Assembly (NCBI GenBank): GCA_040769165.1
Contig: JAXGLP010000002.1
Span: 194,657-258,656, forward strand
Reading direction: 5' to 3'
Length of the DNA stretch: 64,000 bases
Source: Armatimonadota bacterium
GTDB lineage: Bacteria > Armatimonadota > UBA5829 > DSUL01
This document shows, piece by piece, positions 19,735 to 32,490 of the stretch. The position numbers and the translations under genes were made by a program. Below the pieces are notes generated by a model, which was given only the letters and a program-made list of their open reading frames with translations, was not told the origin of the DNA and searched no databases. Positions within the stretch are counted from its first letter, which is position 1, and each line of letters starts with the position of its first letter.

Positions 19735-21210
19735 ATGCGAAAGTCAGTGCTCTCGTGTTTGGGCGCCCTGTTGCTTGCCAGCGGCGCGCACGCTGCAGTT
19801 TCCGGACTGGTAGTAGACGATGCGTCCGCGCCCGTCGGCGGTGCTTGGGTTCAGATCATCGAGGGCGAAAAGCTCTTGCCGCCGATCAAGGCGGACTCAG
19901 TTGGCCGCTTCCACTTCGGCACGTCCGCCGGAGAGATTCTGCTGCGCGCCTCCGCGCCCGGCTACCACGCAGCCTACCTCAGCTGGAAGGCTGGCGAGGA
20001 GCCGACGCTGCTTCTGAAGCGGGCAGAAACACTCCAGATTCCTATCCGGGTGGTGGACGAGAACGGCCAGCCACGCCCCGGCGTTCGCGTGATTTGCGAA
20101 GAGGACATGGACATGGCGCAGGTGCCGCGGCCCCTCGACGGCACAAAGTTTGCGTTTCGGCGCCTCTCCATACCTGCAAACCCGCTGAAGCCGCACCCGC
20201 CCGTAACCACCGCCGCGGATGGGACGGCAAAGCTTAGCATCAACAGATACGCCGGCGCCCGCCTCAGGCTCTTTTACGACCGGAGGCTCGGCTGGGTCGA
20301 ACGTACCGTCAGACCCGAGACAGCCGAGACCATTGTGCTGAACGTCGGCAGCGCCGCGGACGTGCAGGGAAGCGTTATCACCCCCAGCGGCTGCGCGCTG
20401 CACGAAGGAAGCGCCACGAGCTGGGTACGCAAGAACGGCAGCGTGCCAATGTCGAGGACCCTGCAACTGCGCGCCGACGGAAGCTTCGACTCGTCCAGAG
20501 AATATATGAATCCCTTCCGCGAGGCGGCGGACGGACCGGTGCAGTTGGCTGGCCCCGCACCCTTTGACCCCGGTCCCGTGGAGGCTGGTGACTACCAAGT
20601 GATCATCGGTCTATCCAGCCTGAAGACCCTTCAGCGAGACGTTGCTCTCAAGGCGGGCGAGAATCAGATTCAGATCAATATCCCTGATATCGGCCGGCTG
20701 GCGCTCGACGTGCCGGAAGGCGTGAACCCGCAAGGCGCCGAGATCCGCACGAACGGGATCTCCACCAGCGTCAAGCCGCAGCAGGCCAACGCGCGCGAGA
20801 TCGACCTCGGCTGCATGGAGGCGGGGGCGAAGACGCTGCTCTTCTGGAGCCAGGACGCCGGATGGGACCGGCAGCGCGTGAAGGTCGATCCCGCCCTGAC
20901 TACACGTGTTAAGCTCAGTTTGCGGCCGGGAGGGACAATCCGCGGCCTGTGGGAGGAGGCCGGCTTCATCCCGTACAGCATCATCGCCAGGAACGAGGCT
21001 GTCAGCTTCAGCGTGCGGCCTGACGAGCGCGGCAGCTTCGTGTTCGGTAACCTGCCGCCGGGTGAGTGGGAGGTGCGGGGTGCGCTTGGCAAGACAGGAA
21101 AGCAAAGCGAAATGGTCAGGGTAAGCCTTGTCGAAGGCCAGACGCGGACCATCAAACTCGGGTACCTTCAGGACCAGGCTGTCCCCCGGTCACCCGTGGC
21201 CGCGGATTGA
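19735..21210 (+). CDS. Secreted protein with carboxypeptidase-regulatory-like (Ig-like) N-terminal domain; function unknown
   Basis: Start at the internal ATG (MRKSVLSCLGALLLASGAHA signal peptide). VSGLVVDDASAPVGGAWVQI resembles CarbopepD_reg-like domains. Confidence 0.5.
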   Translation: MRKSVLSCLGALLLASGAHAAVSGLVVDDASAPVGGAWVQIIEGEKLLPPIKADSVGRFHFGTSAGEILLRASAPGYHAAYLSWKAGEEPTLLLKRAETLQIPIRVVDENGQPRPGVRVICEEDMDMAQVPRPLDGTKFAFRRLSIPANPLKPHPPVTTAADGTAKLSINRYAGARLRLFYDRRLGWVERTVRPETAETIVLNVGSAADVQGSVITPSGCALHEGSATSWVRKNGSVPMSRTLQLRADGSFDSSREYMNPFREAADGPVQLAGPAPFDPGPVEAGDYQVIIGLSSLKTLQRDVALKAGENQIQINIPDIGRLALDVPEGVNPQGAEIRTNGISTSVKPQQANAREIDLGCMEAGAKTLLFWSQDAGWDRQRVKVDPALTTRVKLSLRPGGTIRGLWEEAGFIPYSIIARNEAVSFSVRPDERGSFVFGNLPPGEWEVRGALGKTGKQSEMVRVSLVEGQTRTIKLGYLQDQAVPRSPVAAD

Positions 21211-21369
21211 GCCGTGATCCCGTGATCCATGATCGGGCTGCCCATTCTGGGCTGCCCGAAACAGGAAGCAGGCCCTTGCAGGGCCGCAACCCGCCTGAGA
21301 CGCTTCAGAGTGGTGGACGGGGCTATCTTGCCAGCACCATCGTCAAGCTCGGAGGGCTCAATGGCGCTC

Positions 21370-22392
21370 TCAGGCTGCGAAGAAGAAGTCTTCCGGCTCC
21401 CGCAGGCCCGCGCCGGATAGAAACCCCCGGATGTCCTCCCGGGCGCCCGGCGCTCCCACCGCGCCCAGCACCGTCTCGCCGGGGCTGCGCAGCGACAGCA
21501 GTTCGTCCGGCGAGATCACCCGGCAGCCGTGGATCGTCTGCCCGATCCGGTCCGGATCAATGTCCACAAGCGCCGCCGGGTTCAGCCCCTCGGCCTGCAG
21601 CGCGAGCAGCAGCTTCTTGCCGACGCTCCCCGCCCCCCACAGATAGAAGCCGCACTCGAGCGCGCCGGTCTGCCGGAGGTAGCGTGCCTTGAGCGCCCGG
21701 AATCGCTCGAGGCCGTACGTCTGCCGCGTCCGTGACGCTCGCCCGGGCCGGTCGGTCCACTCCAGCAGCGTCTCCGGAACCTTGCCGAACCGGTACCCCT
21801 GAGCATGAAGCCGCAGAACCAGTTCGTAGTCCTCGGGCTCGTCCTCCCGCGTGTATCCTCCCTCACGCGCCAGAAGCTCGCGGCGGACGAAGAACGAAGG
21901 GTGCGGCACAGGGCAGTCCACGAACATCTCCCGCGCGATATCCCGGGGGGTCACGAGCGCATTGGCCCAGTTCACGAAGCGCTGCATGCCCGGCTCGCGG
22001 GCGGGAGGCATCTCGGAGACAAGCCGCACGAGGCACCCGGTCAGGGCGAGATCCGGGTGCGAAGCCGCGAATTCGAGCTGGGCTTGCAGACGCCGGGGCA
22101 GCATACGGTCGTCGGCATCCATCCGCGCAATCCACTCGCCGCGCGCGGCGGCAATGCCCTGGTTCAGAGCGGCCGCGATGCCCACGTGAGAAAGCCTGAT
22201 GGGGCGGATGCGGGAGTCGGATGCGGCAAAGCGCGCCAGAATGTCCGGGGTCTCATCGCTGGAGCCGTCGTCGAGCGCAACAAGCTCCCAACCGCCGAAC
22301 GTCTGGGCGAGAATGCTCTGGACAGCGCGCTCAATATGCTCCGCCGCCTGGTACGCGGGCATTACGACCGAGATCAGCGGGAGGGACGACAT
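21370..22392 (-). CDS. Glycosyltransferase family 2 with an extra C-terminal Rossmann-like domain
   Basis: [26 protein letters not shown]...[12 protein letters not shown] motif with DAD (MDADD). C-terminal [10 protein letters not shown] segment. Confidence 0.8.
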   Translation of the reverse strand: MSSLPLISVVMPAYQAAEHIERAVQSILAQTFGGWELVALDDGSSDETPDILARFAASDSRIRPIRLSHVGIAAALNQGIAAARGEWIARMDADDRMLPRRLQAQLEFAASHPDLALTGCLVRLVSEMPPAREPGMQRFVNWANALVTPRDIAREMFVDCPVPHPSFFVRRELLAREGGYTREDEPEDYELVLRLHAQGYRFGKVPETLLEWTDRPGRASRTRQTYGLERFRALKARYLRQTGALECGFYLWGAGSVGKKLLLALQAEGLNPAALVDIDPDRIGQTIHGCRVISPDELLSLRSPGETVLGAVGAPGAREDIRGFLSGAGLREPEDFFFAA

Positions 22393-22449
22393 CGCTCCTG
22401 CGCCGGAAGGAGGCTCCTTTCGGAGGCGCCTGGTGCTCGAGAGCCGCCC

Positions 22450-24678
<2,229 letters not shown>

Positions 24679-24878
24679 TCAGCCAGCACGAGATGCGACT
24701 GGCTGCCTTACGCACAGAAAACCGCTTGCCCTGCCGCGGCATCCGGTGGTAGTATTGTTCTGTATCCGGTTACGCCACCACCCCGGCAGCACTGCTGCTG
24801 CCCGCTTTGCCGTCCGTCCGGGGCGGCCAGGGCTTCGGTGGATGCCCGGAGGACTCTTCCGGTTTGGAGGACACTTAC

Positions 24879-25631
24879 ATGACTCGAAAGAACAGCGGCT
24901 TCACCCTGATCGAACTGCTTGTCGTCATAGCCATCATAGCGATACTTGCCGCCATTCTTTTCCCTGTGTTCGCCGCCGCGCGCGAGCGCGGGCGAACGGC
25001 CTCGTGCCTCAACAACGTGGGGCAGATCGCAAAAGCGATCATCATGTACAGCGAGGACTGGAAAGGCTTCTACCCGTTCAACGCCGACTTCGAGGACAAG
25101 AACGACTACGCGGGGGTCTATCTTAATGCGCCGTATCCGCAGGTGGTGCTCGAGCGCTACACGTCCGGGCGCAACGTCTGGCGCTGCCCGTCGGACAAAG
25201 GGCTGACCTGGCGGAACGGCGGAGGCCCAATCGCCAGCAAGACCGGCAACCCCGTGAAACACTGCTACGACATGTGGAAGAAGGCGCCGAACGACCCGCA
25301 GATAGCGCCGCTCTGGTCGAGCTATGTCACCAACCGCCCGGCGGCGTGGAACGCCTCGAACCAGCCTAGCCCGGTCAAGATGGACCAGGTGCGGAACCCG
25401 ATGCTCGCCGCCGCTCTGCTTGATGTTTACCAGCTCGGCTCGTCGGCGCCGAGCGCAAACTCTCAGAACTCGCAGTGGCACTTCAGGAAGTTTCCCACCG
25501 GGTCGTGGAACGTCGCGTTCTTTGACGGACACGCGAAGAACCTGACCTGGGAGGAGTTGCGGAACCCGGACGGCACGGGCCAGAGCCTCTGGCATGCCGG
25601 CCGCGTCCGCTCGGATGTGAGTTTCCCATAG
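24879..25631 (+). CDS. Prepilin-type N-terminal cleavage/methylation domain protein, DUF1559 (H-X9-DG) family
   Basis: N-terminus MTRKNSGFTLIELLVVIAIIAILAAILFPVF (type IV pilin-like signal). C-terminal FFDGHAKNL (DG motif). Start at the internal ATG of ORF 24807..25631. Confidence 0.8.
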   Translation: MTRKNSGFTLIELLVVIAIIAILAAILFPVFAAARERGRTASCLNNVGQIAKAIIMYSEDWKGFYPFNADFEDKNDYAGVYLNAPYPQVVLERYTSGRNVWRCPSDKGLTWRNGGGPIASKTGNPVKHCYDMWKKAPNDPQIAPLWSSYVTNRPAAWNASNQPSPVKMDQVRNPMLAAALLDVYQLGSSAPSANSQNSQWHFRKFPTGSWNVAFFDGHAKNLTWEELRNPDGTGQSLWHAGRVRSDVSFP

Positions 25632-25661
25632 CCACGCCGTACAGTCAGGAAGGACCAGTTA

Positions 25662-26516
25662 TTGTCTAAGAGCACGCAGACTCTTCGCGCCCTCACGATA
25701 TCAAAGAACGTCGTAAACGTGCACCTCGAGCCCGACGGGGGCACGGAGCTTGTCACACAGGCCATTCTGGGGCAACCCGCCCGCCTGCTGGAAACACGCG
25801 ACAAGTGGCTGCGGGTGGAACTCTGGGACTCGTACACGGGCTGGCTGCAGGCGCGGTTCACGCAGGAACGCGACAAGGGCGCCGCGTACCCCGCCCAGAA
25901 GCCGTTCGGGCGCGTCAAGGCCCTCATCTGCGACCTCCGCAAGGACCCGAAGCCGTTCTCAGACATACTGACAAAGCTGGTCGTCTCCACCGAGTTCGAC
26001 ATCGGCGACCGTATGGGCGGGCTCATCGAGGCGAAGCTGCCGGACGGCCGCGCGGGCTGGATTCCCGTCCGCGACATCGCGATCGTTGACGCGGCGCCTG
26101 AAGCGCCCAGAAACCCGAAGGGCGACGCCCTGGTGCGGCAGGCGCGGCGGTTCATCGGCACGCCGTATCTGTGGGGCGGCACCACGCCGTTCGGCATTGA
26201 CTGCAGCGGCTTCGTGCAGCTCGTCTATCACGTCAACGGCTGCCAGCTTCTGCGCGATGCGGGGATCCAGGCGCACGATCCGCGGGCGCTGCCCGTTGAT
26301 CCGGACGACCTCGCGCCGGGAGACCTGGTCTATTTCTGCGGCCCGAACGACACCGAGCGCAAGAAAATCACGCACACCGGGCTGTATCTCGGCGAAGGGG
26401 AGTTCCTCCACGCCGCCGGCCAGAGCGTGGGCGTCACCATCTCGCCGCTGTTCAGCGGATACTACTGGGACGTCTTCTGGGGCGCCCGGCGGATGGAATT
26501 CGAAAAAGCGGGCTGA
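25662..26516 (+). CDS. C40 family peptidase (NlpC/P60) with N-terminal SH3-like domains
   Basis: Catalytic region RFIGTPYLWGGTTPFGIDCSGFVQLVYHVNG...HTGLYLGEGEFLHAA (Cys-His-His/Asn). Confidence 0.8.
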   Translation: MSKSTQTLRALTISKNVVNVHLEPDGGTELVTQAILGQPARLLETRDKWLRVELWDSYTGWLQARFTQERDKGAAYPAQKPFGRVKALICDLRKDPKPFSDILTKLVVSTEFDIGDRMGGLIEAKLPDGRAGWIPVRDIAIVDAAPEAPRNPKGDALVRQARRFIGTPYLWGGTTPFGIDCSGFVQLVYHVNGCQLLRDAGIQAHDPRALPVDPDDLAPGDLVYFCGPNDTERKKITHTGLYLGEGEFLHAAGQSVGVTISPLFSGYYWDVFWGARRMEFEKAG

Positions 26517-26530
26517 AGTGACGGCAAGAC

Positions 26531-27079
26531 TTACTCTGTAAACGTCTTCTTAAGCAGCACGAAGACCTCGCGCTGCACGGCGCGGGGTGCGCGGCGGATG
26601 CGCGCTATCAAGTTCCGAGCTGACTCGCTGGGCGTCTGGATGTTGCCACGCGCCTGATTGCACACGCTGCATACAACGCGGAGGTTGTCGAGAGTGCACC
26701 CGCCGCCCTGTTGCTGGGGCACAATGTGATCGATATGCAAACGCACTTTCCGGGACGGGTTGTATGGGTCTGGATCCCCGGCGCCGTGACCGCAGAGCTG
26801 GCATGTGAAGCCGTTCCGCTCAAGAACCTGCATCCTGAGTTGGGGGTTCACGGCACTGGAGAAGGCTGGTTTGCGCTTCAGGCTCGCAAGCAGGTACTCC
26901 CCTGGCTTCAAGCCAGCACGATCCTTGTGCGTTAGGATATCCATCCCCTCGATGTCGCGGAGTTCGCGTATGCGGCGGGCGTACTCGCTTATGCCGCCTA
27001 CTTCCCGGAGCGTCTTCGTGGAGACAACCTCCCCGGCATGGGCCTCGAAATACTCGCGCAGTCTGTCTCGTGCACTCAA
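26531..27079 (-). CDS. HNH endonuclease (wHTH N-terminus + HNH nuclease), candidate restriction endonuclease partner of the adjacent m5C methyltransferase
   Basis: HNH motif CQLCGHGAGDPDPYNPSRKVRLHIDHIVPQQQGGGCTLDNLRVVCSVCN. Divergently arranged 55 bp from the methyltransferase gene. Confidence 0.75.
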   Translation of the reverse strand: MSARDRLREYFEAHAGEVVSTKTLREVGGISEYARRIRELRDIEGMDILTHKDRAGLKPGEYLLASLKRKPAFSSAVNPQLRMQVLERNGFTCQLCGHGAGDPDPYNPSRKVRLHIDHIVPQQQGGGCTLDNLRVVCSVCNQARGNIQTPSESARNLIARIRRAPRAVQREVFVLLKKTFTE

Positions 27080-27134
27080 AGCGATTACCGCCCTCTATCC
27101 AAATACCCGAACTAATGCTAAACTCAGATGAACC

Positions 27135-28193
27135 ATGGGCACGCAGCAACTGATACTTTATGAACAGCCGCGATTTGTCCTCCCGGAGTCTGAACGGGCT
27201 CATCTGCAAGGTGGCGGCCCCCTGCGTAGCCTGGAGATATGCGCAGGGGCAGGTGGTCAGGCGCTCGGCCTCGAACAGGCTGGCTTCCAACACGTGGCGC
27301 TTGTCGAGGTTGACGAAGATGCTTGCGAGACTCTTCGGCGTAACAGACCGCACTGGAATGTGCTCTGCGCAGACGTGCGCTCCATCGACGCACGTGCTTT
27401 TCAAGGCATCGACCTGCTTGCCGGAGGGGTCCCGTGCCCGCCTTTTTCTATTGCAGGGAAACAGCTTGGCACTGAGGATGAGAGGGATCTCTTTCCCCAG
27501 GTGATACGGCTTGCGTCCGAATGCACTCCCCGGGCGATCATGATTGAGAATGTGCGCGGGATACTGAGTTCACGGTTTCTGGACTATCGGCGCGCTGTGT
27601 GCCACGCGCTTCGCGCCCTCGGTTACGTTACGGCGTGGGAACTGGTGAACTCCTGTGACTATGGCGTGCCGCAATTGCGGCCGCGTGCCGTCCTTGTTGC
27701 TGTCAGGGCTGACACCGGCGCGCGCTTTGTCTGGCCAGTAGGCCGGAAGCAGAGCACGAATGTGGGTGACGCCCTCCACGACATGATGGCGTCCGAAGGC
27801 TGGCCGGGCGCGGATCGCTGGCGCCGGCACGCCCAGTCCATCGCGCCAACGATTGTCGGCGGCTCCAAGAAGCACGGGGGGCCAGATCTGGGCCCGACGC
27901 GGGCTCGCCGGGATTGGGCGGCTCTGGGCGTGGATGGTCTGGGCATTGCGGACAACCCACCCGGCCCCTCGTTTGAAGGCAACCCCCGCCTTACCATCCC
28001 TATGGTTGCCCGGATTCAAGGCTTCCCCGATGATTGGGCCTTTGCTGGCCGGAAGACTTCGGCGTACAGACAGGTCGGCAATGCCTTCCCACCGCCAGTT
28101 GCCAGGGCGATAGGGCTCGCTATTGCCGCTTGCCTGGGGGCAGCCGACCGGGTGGCTCTACACCAGGCCTCCAGTGGACACCCTTCCGCCTGA
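27135..28193 (+). CDS. DNA (cytosine-5)-methyltransferase
   Basis: Motif I LEICAGAGGQALGLEQAG (FxGxGG), motif IV GVPCPPFSIAG (PC), motif VI ENV (IMIENVRGIL), C-terminal QVGNAFPPPVA. Confidence 0.85.
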   Translation: MGTQQLILYEQPRFVLPESERAHLQGGGPLRSLEICAGAGGQALGLEQAGFQHVALVEVDEDACETLRRNRPHWNVLCADVRSIDARAFQGIDLLAGGVPCPPFSIAGKQLGTEDERDLFPQVIRLASECTPRAIMIENVRGILSSRFLDYRRAVCHALRALGYVTAWELVNSCDYGVPQLRPRAVLVAVRADTGARFVWPVGRKQSTNVGDALHDMMASEGWPGADRWRRHAQSIAPTIVGGSKKHGGPDLGPTRARRDWAALGVDGLGIADNPPGPSFEGNPRLTIPMVARIQGFPDDWAFAGRKTSAYRQVGNAFPPPVARAIGLAIAACLGAADRVALHQASSGHPSA

Positions 28194-28209
28194 GCGGCGC
28201 AGCAACAAC

Positions 28210-28587
28210 ATGCGCCGCATACGAAGCTCTGGTATGAAACCGGAACTGATGGTGCGCCGCATGCTTCACCGGTTCGGGTACCGATACAGAATCCACGTTT
28301 CGTCTCTGCCTGGCAAGCCAGACATTGTCTTCACAAGACGGCGGAAGGCGGTCTTTGTGCACGGCTGTTTCTGGCACCAGCACACTTCCTGCGTGGATGG
28401 GCGCATGCCGCTGACCCGCAGGGAATACTGGGGGCCCAAACTGACCGGCAATGTTACGCGGGACGCCACGGTGCAGGAGAGGCTGCGTGCTCTAGGGTGG
28501 CAGATAATGGTTGTCTGGGAATGTGAATGCGAAGCGGCGTGGCTACCCGATGCACTCCGTGACTTCCTTGGCTCACCCCGGTTGTAG
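28210..28587 (+). CDS. vsr: Very short patch repair endonuclease
   Basis: PELMVRRMLHRFGYRYRIH...PGKPDIVFTRRRKAVFVHGCFWHQH...YWGPKLTGNVTRD matches the Vsr family. Immediately downstream of the m5C methyltransferase, as in dcm-vsr modules. Start at the internal ATG. Confidence 0.8.
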   Translation: MRRIRSSGMKPELMVRRMLHRFGYRYRIHVSSLPGKPDIVFTRRRKAVFVHGCFWHQHTSCVDGRMPLTRREYWGPKLTGNVTRDATVQERLRALGWQIMVVWECECEAAWLPDALRDFLGSPRL

Positions 28588-28677
28588 GCATTCGTCCCCA
28601 GTTCGCGACGTTCTGGTATAATCCACTCCTGAACGCCGCGCGGATAGCGTAGCAGTCTGCAAAGGAACCCTAATCCA

Positions 28678-30060
28678 TTGTTTGAGTTGGACACCATCGT
28701 CTCGCTGTGCAAACGGCGCGGCTTCATCTTTCAGTCAAGCGAGATTTACGGCGGAATGCAGGGCGCCTACGACTACGGCCCCCTGGGCGTCGAACTCAAG
28801 AACAACCTGAAGCGCCTCTGGTGGCAGCACAACGTCTATGAGCGTGACGATATGGAGGGGATAGACGCCGCCATCATCATGCACCGCCTCGTCTGGAAGT
28901 ACTCCGGGCACGAAGAGCAGTTCATTGACCCGATGATTGACTGCAAGGTCTGCAAGGGCCGCTTCCGCGCCGACAAGCTCGAAGAAGCCGTCTGCCTGAA
29001 GCACCCGAACAAGCGCCCCGGCGAGTGCGAAGGCGTCTTCACCGAGCCGCGCAGCTTCAACATGATGTTCAAGACGCAGGTGGGGCCGGTGGAGGACGCC
29101 GAGTCGTTCGCGTACCTGCGGCCGGAGACAGCGCAGGGGATCTTCGTCAACTTCCGCAACGTCCTGGACTCGACGAACCGCAAGCTCCCGTTCGGCATCG
29201 CTCAGACCGGCAAGGCGTTCCGCAACGAGATTACGCCCCGCAACTTCCTGTTTCGCGTGCGCGAGTTCGAGCAGATGGAGATCGAGTACTTCGTCCGCCC
29301 GGGCGACGACGAAGAAGAGCACGACCGCTGGATTCAGGACCACCTGAAATGGTGGACCGACGAGATCGGCCTGAAGCCGGAGAATCTGAAGCTCTACGAG
29401 CACCCGAAAGAGAAGCTGTCGCACTATTCAAAGCGCACGGTGGACGTGCTCTACAACTTCCCGACGCTCGGGTACGACGAGCTGGAAGGCATCGCCAACC
29501 GCACCGACTTTGACCTGGGGTCGCACTCACGCGATCAGGGCAGCCTGGGGCTGACGGCAAGGGTCATCGAGAACAGCCAGTCCAACGAGAAGCTCACCTA
29601 TTTCGACCATGTGACGAACAAGCACATCATCCCGTTCGTCATCGAGCCCTCGGCTGGCGTGGACCGCGGCTTTCTGGCGGCCATCTGCGCCGCCTATGAC
29701 GAGGAGGCGCTGGAGAACGGCGAGACGCGCGTCGTGTTGCGCCTGCCGCCGCGCCTCGCGCCCATCAAGGTCGCCGTGCTGCCGCTCAAGAAGAACGCCC
29801 CGGAGATCGTCGCGACCGCCAAAGAGATCAAGAACCTGCTGCAGTCCTCCGGCGAGATGCGGGCGGTGTACGATGACACCGCCGGCATCGGCAAGCTCTA
29901 TCGCCGCCAGGACGAGGTCGGCACGCCCTGGTGCGTCACGGTGGACTTCCAGACGCTGACGGACCGCACGGTCACGCTGCGCGACCGCGACACCATGCAA
30001 CAGGAGCGCCTGGCGATTGACGATCTGCTGGCGGTCATACGCGCGCGGCTGCTGGCTTAG
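28678..30060 (+). CDS. glyQS: Glycine--tRNA ligase (dimeric class II type)
   Basis: [45 protein letters not shown]. Class II motifs and C-terminal anticodon-binding domain. 460 aa. Confidence 0.9.
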   Translation: MFELDTIVSLCKRRGFIFQSSEIYGGMQGAYDYGPLGVELKNNLKRLWWQHNVYERDDMEGIDAAIIMHRLVWKYSGHEEQFIDPMIDCKVCKGRFRADKLEEAVCLKHPNKRPGECEGVFTEPRSFNMMFKTQVGPVEDAESFAYLRPETAQGIFVNFRNVLDSTNRKLPFGIAQTGKAFRNEITPRNFLFRVREFEQMEIEYFVRPGDDEEEHDRWIQDHLKWWTDEIGLKPENLKLYEHPKEKLSHYSKRTVDVLYNFPTLGYDELEGIANRTDFDLGSHSRDQGSLGLTARVIENSQSNEKLTYFDHVTNKHIIPFVIEPSAGVDRGFLAAICAAYDEEALENGETRVVLRLPPRLAPIKVAVLPLKKNAPEIVATAKEIKNLLQSSGEMRAVYDDTAGIGKLYRRQDEVGTPWCVTVDFQTLTDRTVTLRDRDTMQQERLAIDDLLAVIRARLLA

Positions 30061-30063
30061 GCT

Positions 30064-30396
30064 TTACTCCGCCGGGGCCGCCTCCCAAGAGCGGAACATC
30101 GTCAGAAGCATAACGACGTCATCCTCGGCCTGAATGGCATGGTTGAGCCCGGGCGGCATGAAGAACCAGCTTCCCGGCCCGGCGTCGTGCCACGTGTCAC
30201 CGAGCAGGACCTTTGCGGGCCCGCTCAGAATATGGATGATGGCGGGCATGCTGGCCGTGTGCTCCGAGAGCGACTGGCCCTTTGCGAACCCGAACAGAAT
30301 GACCTTCGAGAACGGCTCTTCGACGAGCGTCTTGCTGACGATGCCTTCGTCGGCGAACTCCGCCTTCGCGTTCAGATCGAGTGCTAATTTCTCCAC
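30064..30396 (-). CDS. Cupin domain protein (about 110 aa)
   Basis: Cupin-like core (FGFAKGQSLSEHTASMPAIIHILSGPAKVLLGD...GSWFFMPPGLNHAIQA). Start proposed at the GTG preceded by GGAG (VEKLALDL...), not the listed upstream ATG, whose N-terminal extension is Pro/Ala-rich. Confidence 0.5.
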   Translation of the reverse strand: MEKLALDLNAKAEFADEGIVSKTLVEEPFSKVILFGFAKGQSLSEHTASMPAIIHILSGPAKVLLGDTWHDAGPGSWFFMPPGLNHAIQAEDDVVMLLTMFRSWEAAPAE

Positions 30397-30567
30397 GGTT
30401 TCGTGTCTCCTTACCGGCGTTCGTGAGTCTGTGACACAATCATACCCCGCTGGCGGGGCCGCGGCCTTGACCGGAATCAAGAAAGAGCGGCCGGCCGGTG
30501 CTGTTTTTGACTTTTTGGGCGGCGGCCGTTACTATGACGGTGGCCCACTGGCCTCTGGGAAGCACGT

Positions 30568-31662
30568 TTGTCTATGACCTTCCGCGAACGCACGCTCCGA
30601 ATATTCCAGCACAAGCCCGTAGATAACATCGTCTACCAGCCCCGCATCGAGCACTGGTACGGCTACAACAAGGCGCGCGGGACGCTTCCGGAGCGCTACA
30701 GGGACATGGAGCTTCTGGACGTCTATGACGACCTGGGGTGCTCCATCAGGCCGTATCACTACTTCAACGAGTGCATTCGCATCCAGAACGCGGACGACGT
30801 CACGAACGAAATGATCCCCGAGCCGGGCGGCTACACCTGGATTACCCGCACGCCCGCCGGCACGATGACCGAGCGCCACACAACCAGCGATCTCGCCACC
30901 CACACCGCCGAGTATCCTGTTAAGACCGCAAAGGATGTGGACGTGCTCGAGTACATCCTGCGCACCCGAAAGGTCTGGTTCGATCACGACCTGTTCAGAC
31001 AGCGCGACGAGTTGATCGGCGACCGCGCCGAGCCGATGCTCTTCCTGCCCCGCGTCAATATGCAGCGGATACTCATCGAAATCGTCGGATGGCAGGAAAC
31101 GGCCTACATGCTCGCTGACGACCGGCCCCTGCTGGAGCGGCTGGTGCGCCTGATCAACGAGACCGACGAGCCGGTGCTCGAAGCCGTGCTGGGGTCGCCG
31201 ATGAACATCATCAACTTCGGCGACAATGTGGACCAGTATCTGCTCTCACCGCCGCTGTTCGAGGAGTTCGTGCTGCCGGTGTATCAGGACCGGGGCGACC
31301 GCTTCCGCGCCGCCGGGAAGTTCACGCAGACTCACTTCGACGGCAACGTGAAGCTGCTTCTCAAGTACACCCACGACTGCCGCCTGGACGGTTTCGAGGC
31401 GCTCACGCCGCTTCCGCAGGGCGACCTGACGCTGGAAGAGATGAAGCAAGCCCTGGGCGACGACCTGATCCTGCTGGACGGGATTCCGATGACGAGCTTC
31501 CTGCCCGATTCGGACTACGACGCGTTCGAGCGCTTGACGCGCGACGTCATCGAGACCTTCTCGCCGAATCTGATACTCGGTATCTCCGACGAGCCCTCGC
31601 CAGTCTGCGACATCGAGCGCGTCCGCAGGGTGGGCCAGATTCTGGAAGAGTACGCGAGTTGA
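30568..31662 (+). CDS. Uroporphyrinogen decarboxylase (URO-D)-like family protein (MtaA/CmuA-like fold)
   Basis: 364-aa cytoplasmic protein with overall URO-D family resemblance. Function assignment tentative. Confidence 0.5.
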   Translation: MSMTFRERTLRIFQHKPVDNIVYQPRIEHWYGYNKARGTLPERYRDMELLDVYDDLGCSIRPYHYFNECIRIQNADDVTNEMIPEPGGYTWITRTPAGTMTERHTTSDLATHTAEYPVKTAKDVDVLEYILRTRKVWFDHDLFRQRDELIGDRAEPMLFLPRVNMQRILIEIVGWQETAYMLADDRPLLERLVRLINETDEPVLEAVLGSPMNIINFGDNVDQYLLSPPLFEEFVLPVYQDRGDRFRAAGKFTQTHFDGNVKLLLKYTHDCRLDGFEALTPLPQGDLTLEEMKQALGDDLILLDGIPMTSFLPDSDYDAFERLTRDVIETFSPNLILGISDEPSPVCDIERVRRVGQILEEYAS

Positions 31663-32453
31663 GCGGCACGGGCTCCTGGACCAAGCTGCTTCTGATCGGC
31701 CTGGGAACGGGGTTTCTGGCGGGCCTCATGGGCGTTGGCGGAGGGGTCGTGATGATTCCCGCCATGGTGCTGCTGCTGAAGATAGACCAGCACACCGCGC
31801 ACGGCACCTCGCTCGCGATCATGATTGTGATTGCCACCGCGGCCGCGGCCGCCTATGCCCTGAACGGTGCAGTGAACTGGCCCATCGCGGCCACGCTCAT
31901 TCCCGGCACTCTCGCCGGCGCCTTCATCGGGGCGAGGCTTGCGAGCCGGGTTCCGGCCCGGCAGCTCACCCTGCTCTTCTCGGTCTTCGTGCTCATCACC
32001 GGCGCAACCATGGTTCACGAAGGCATGGCGGGCGCGGATGTGGCGGCGCCTGCGGGTGTTGCGGCGCACGCGGGAATTGTCTGGGGGCTTGCGGTGGGGC
32101 TTCTCAGCGGATGTCTGGGCGGGCTGCTCGGCGTCGGGGGAGGGATCGTCATGGTCCCGGCTCTGGCGCTTGGCCCCGGTTTTGCGCAGCAGATCTGCCA
32201 GGGCACATCGCTCGTCGCGATCATCGCCACCGCCATCAGCGGGGCGCTCACACACAACGCGGCGGGGAATATGGACCGCCGGGCCGCGATTGGCCTGGCC
32301 GCGGGCGGACTCCCGGGAAGTCTCGCCGGCTCCGCCGTTGCGATCAGCATGCCCGGCGCGCACCTGACAGCCACCTTCGGCGTCTTCCTTATCGTCATGT
32401 CGGCGCTGATCGCCTACCCCGCGCTGCGCGCGCAACGAGGAACAGGCCGCTGA
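31659..32453 (+). CDS. Sulfite exporter TauE/SafE family membrane protein
   Basis: Two internal repeats, each with a GxGGG motif (LMGVGGGVVMIPAMV and LLGVGGGIVMVPAL). About 8 TM segments. 4-nt overlap with the upstream gene. Confidence 0.8.
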   Translation: MSGTGSWTKLLLIGLGTGFLAGLMGVGGGVVMIPAMVLLLKIDQHTAHGTSLAIMIVIATAAAAAYALNGAVNWPIAATLIPGTLAGAFIGARLASRVPARQLTLLFSVFVLITGATMVHEGMAGADVAAPAGVAAHAGIVWGLAVGLLSGCLGGLLGVGGGIVMVPALALGPGFAQQICQGTSLVAIIATAISGALTHNAAGNMDRRAAIGLAAGGLPGSLAGSAVAISMPGAHLTATFGVFLIVMSALIAYPALRAQRGTGR

Positions 32454-32490
32454 CGCCCGCGCCTGAGGCGCCATAAGGCGGGAGCGCGCC

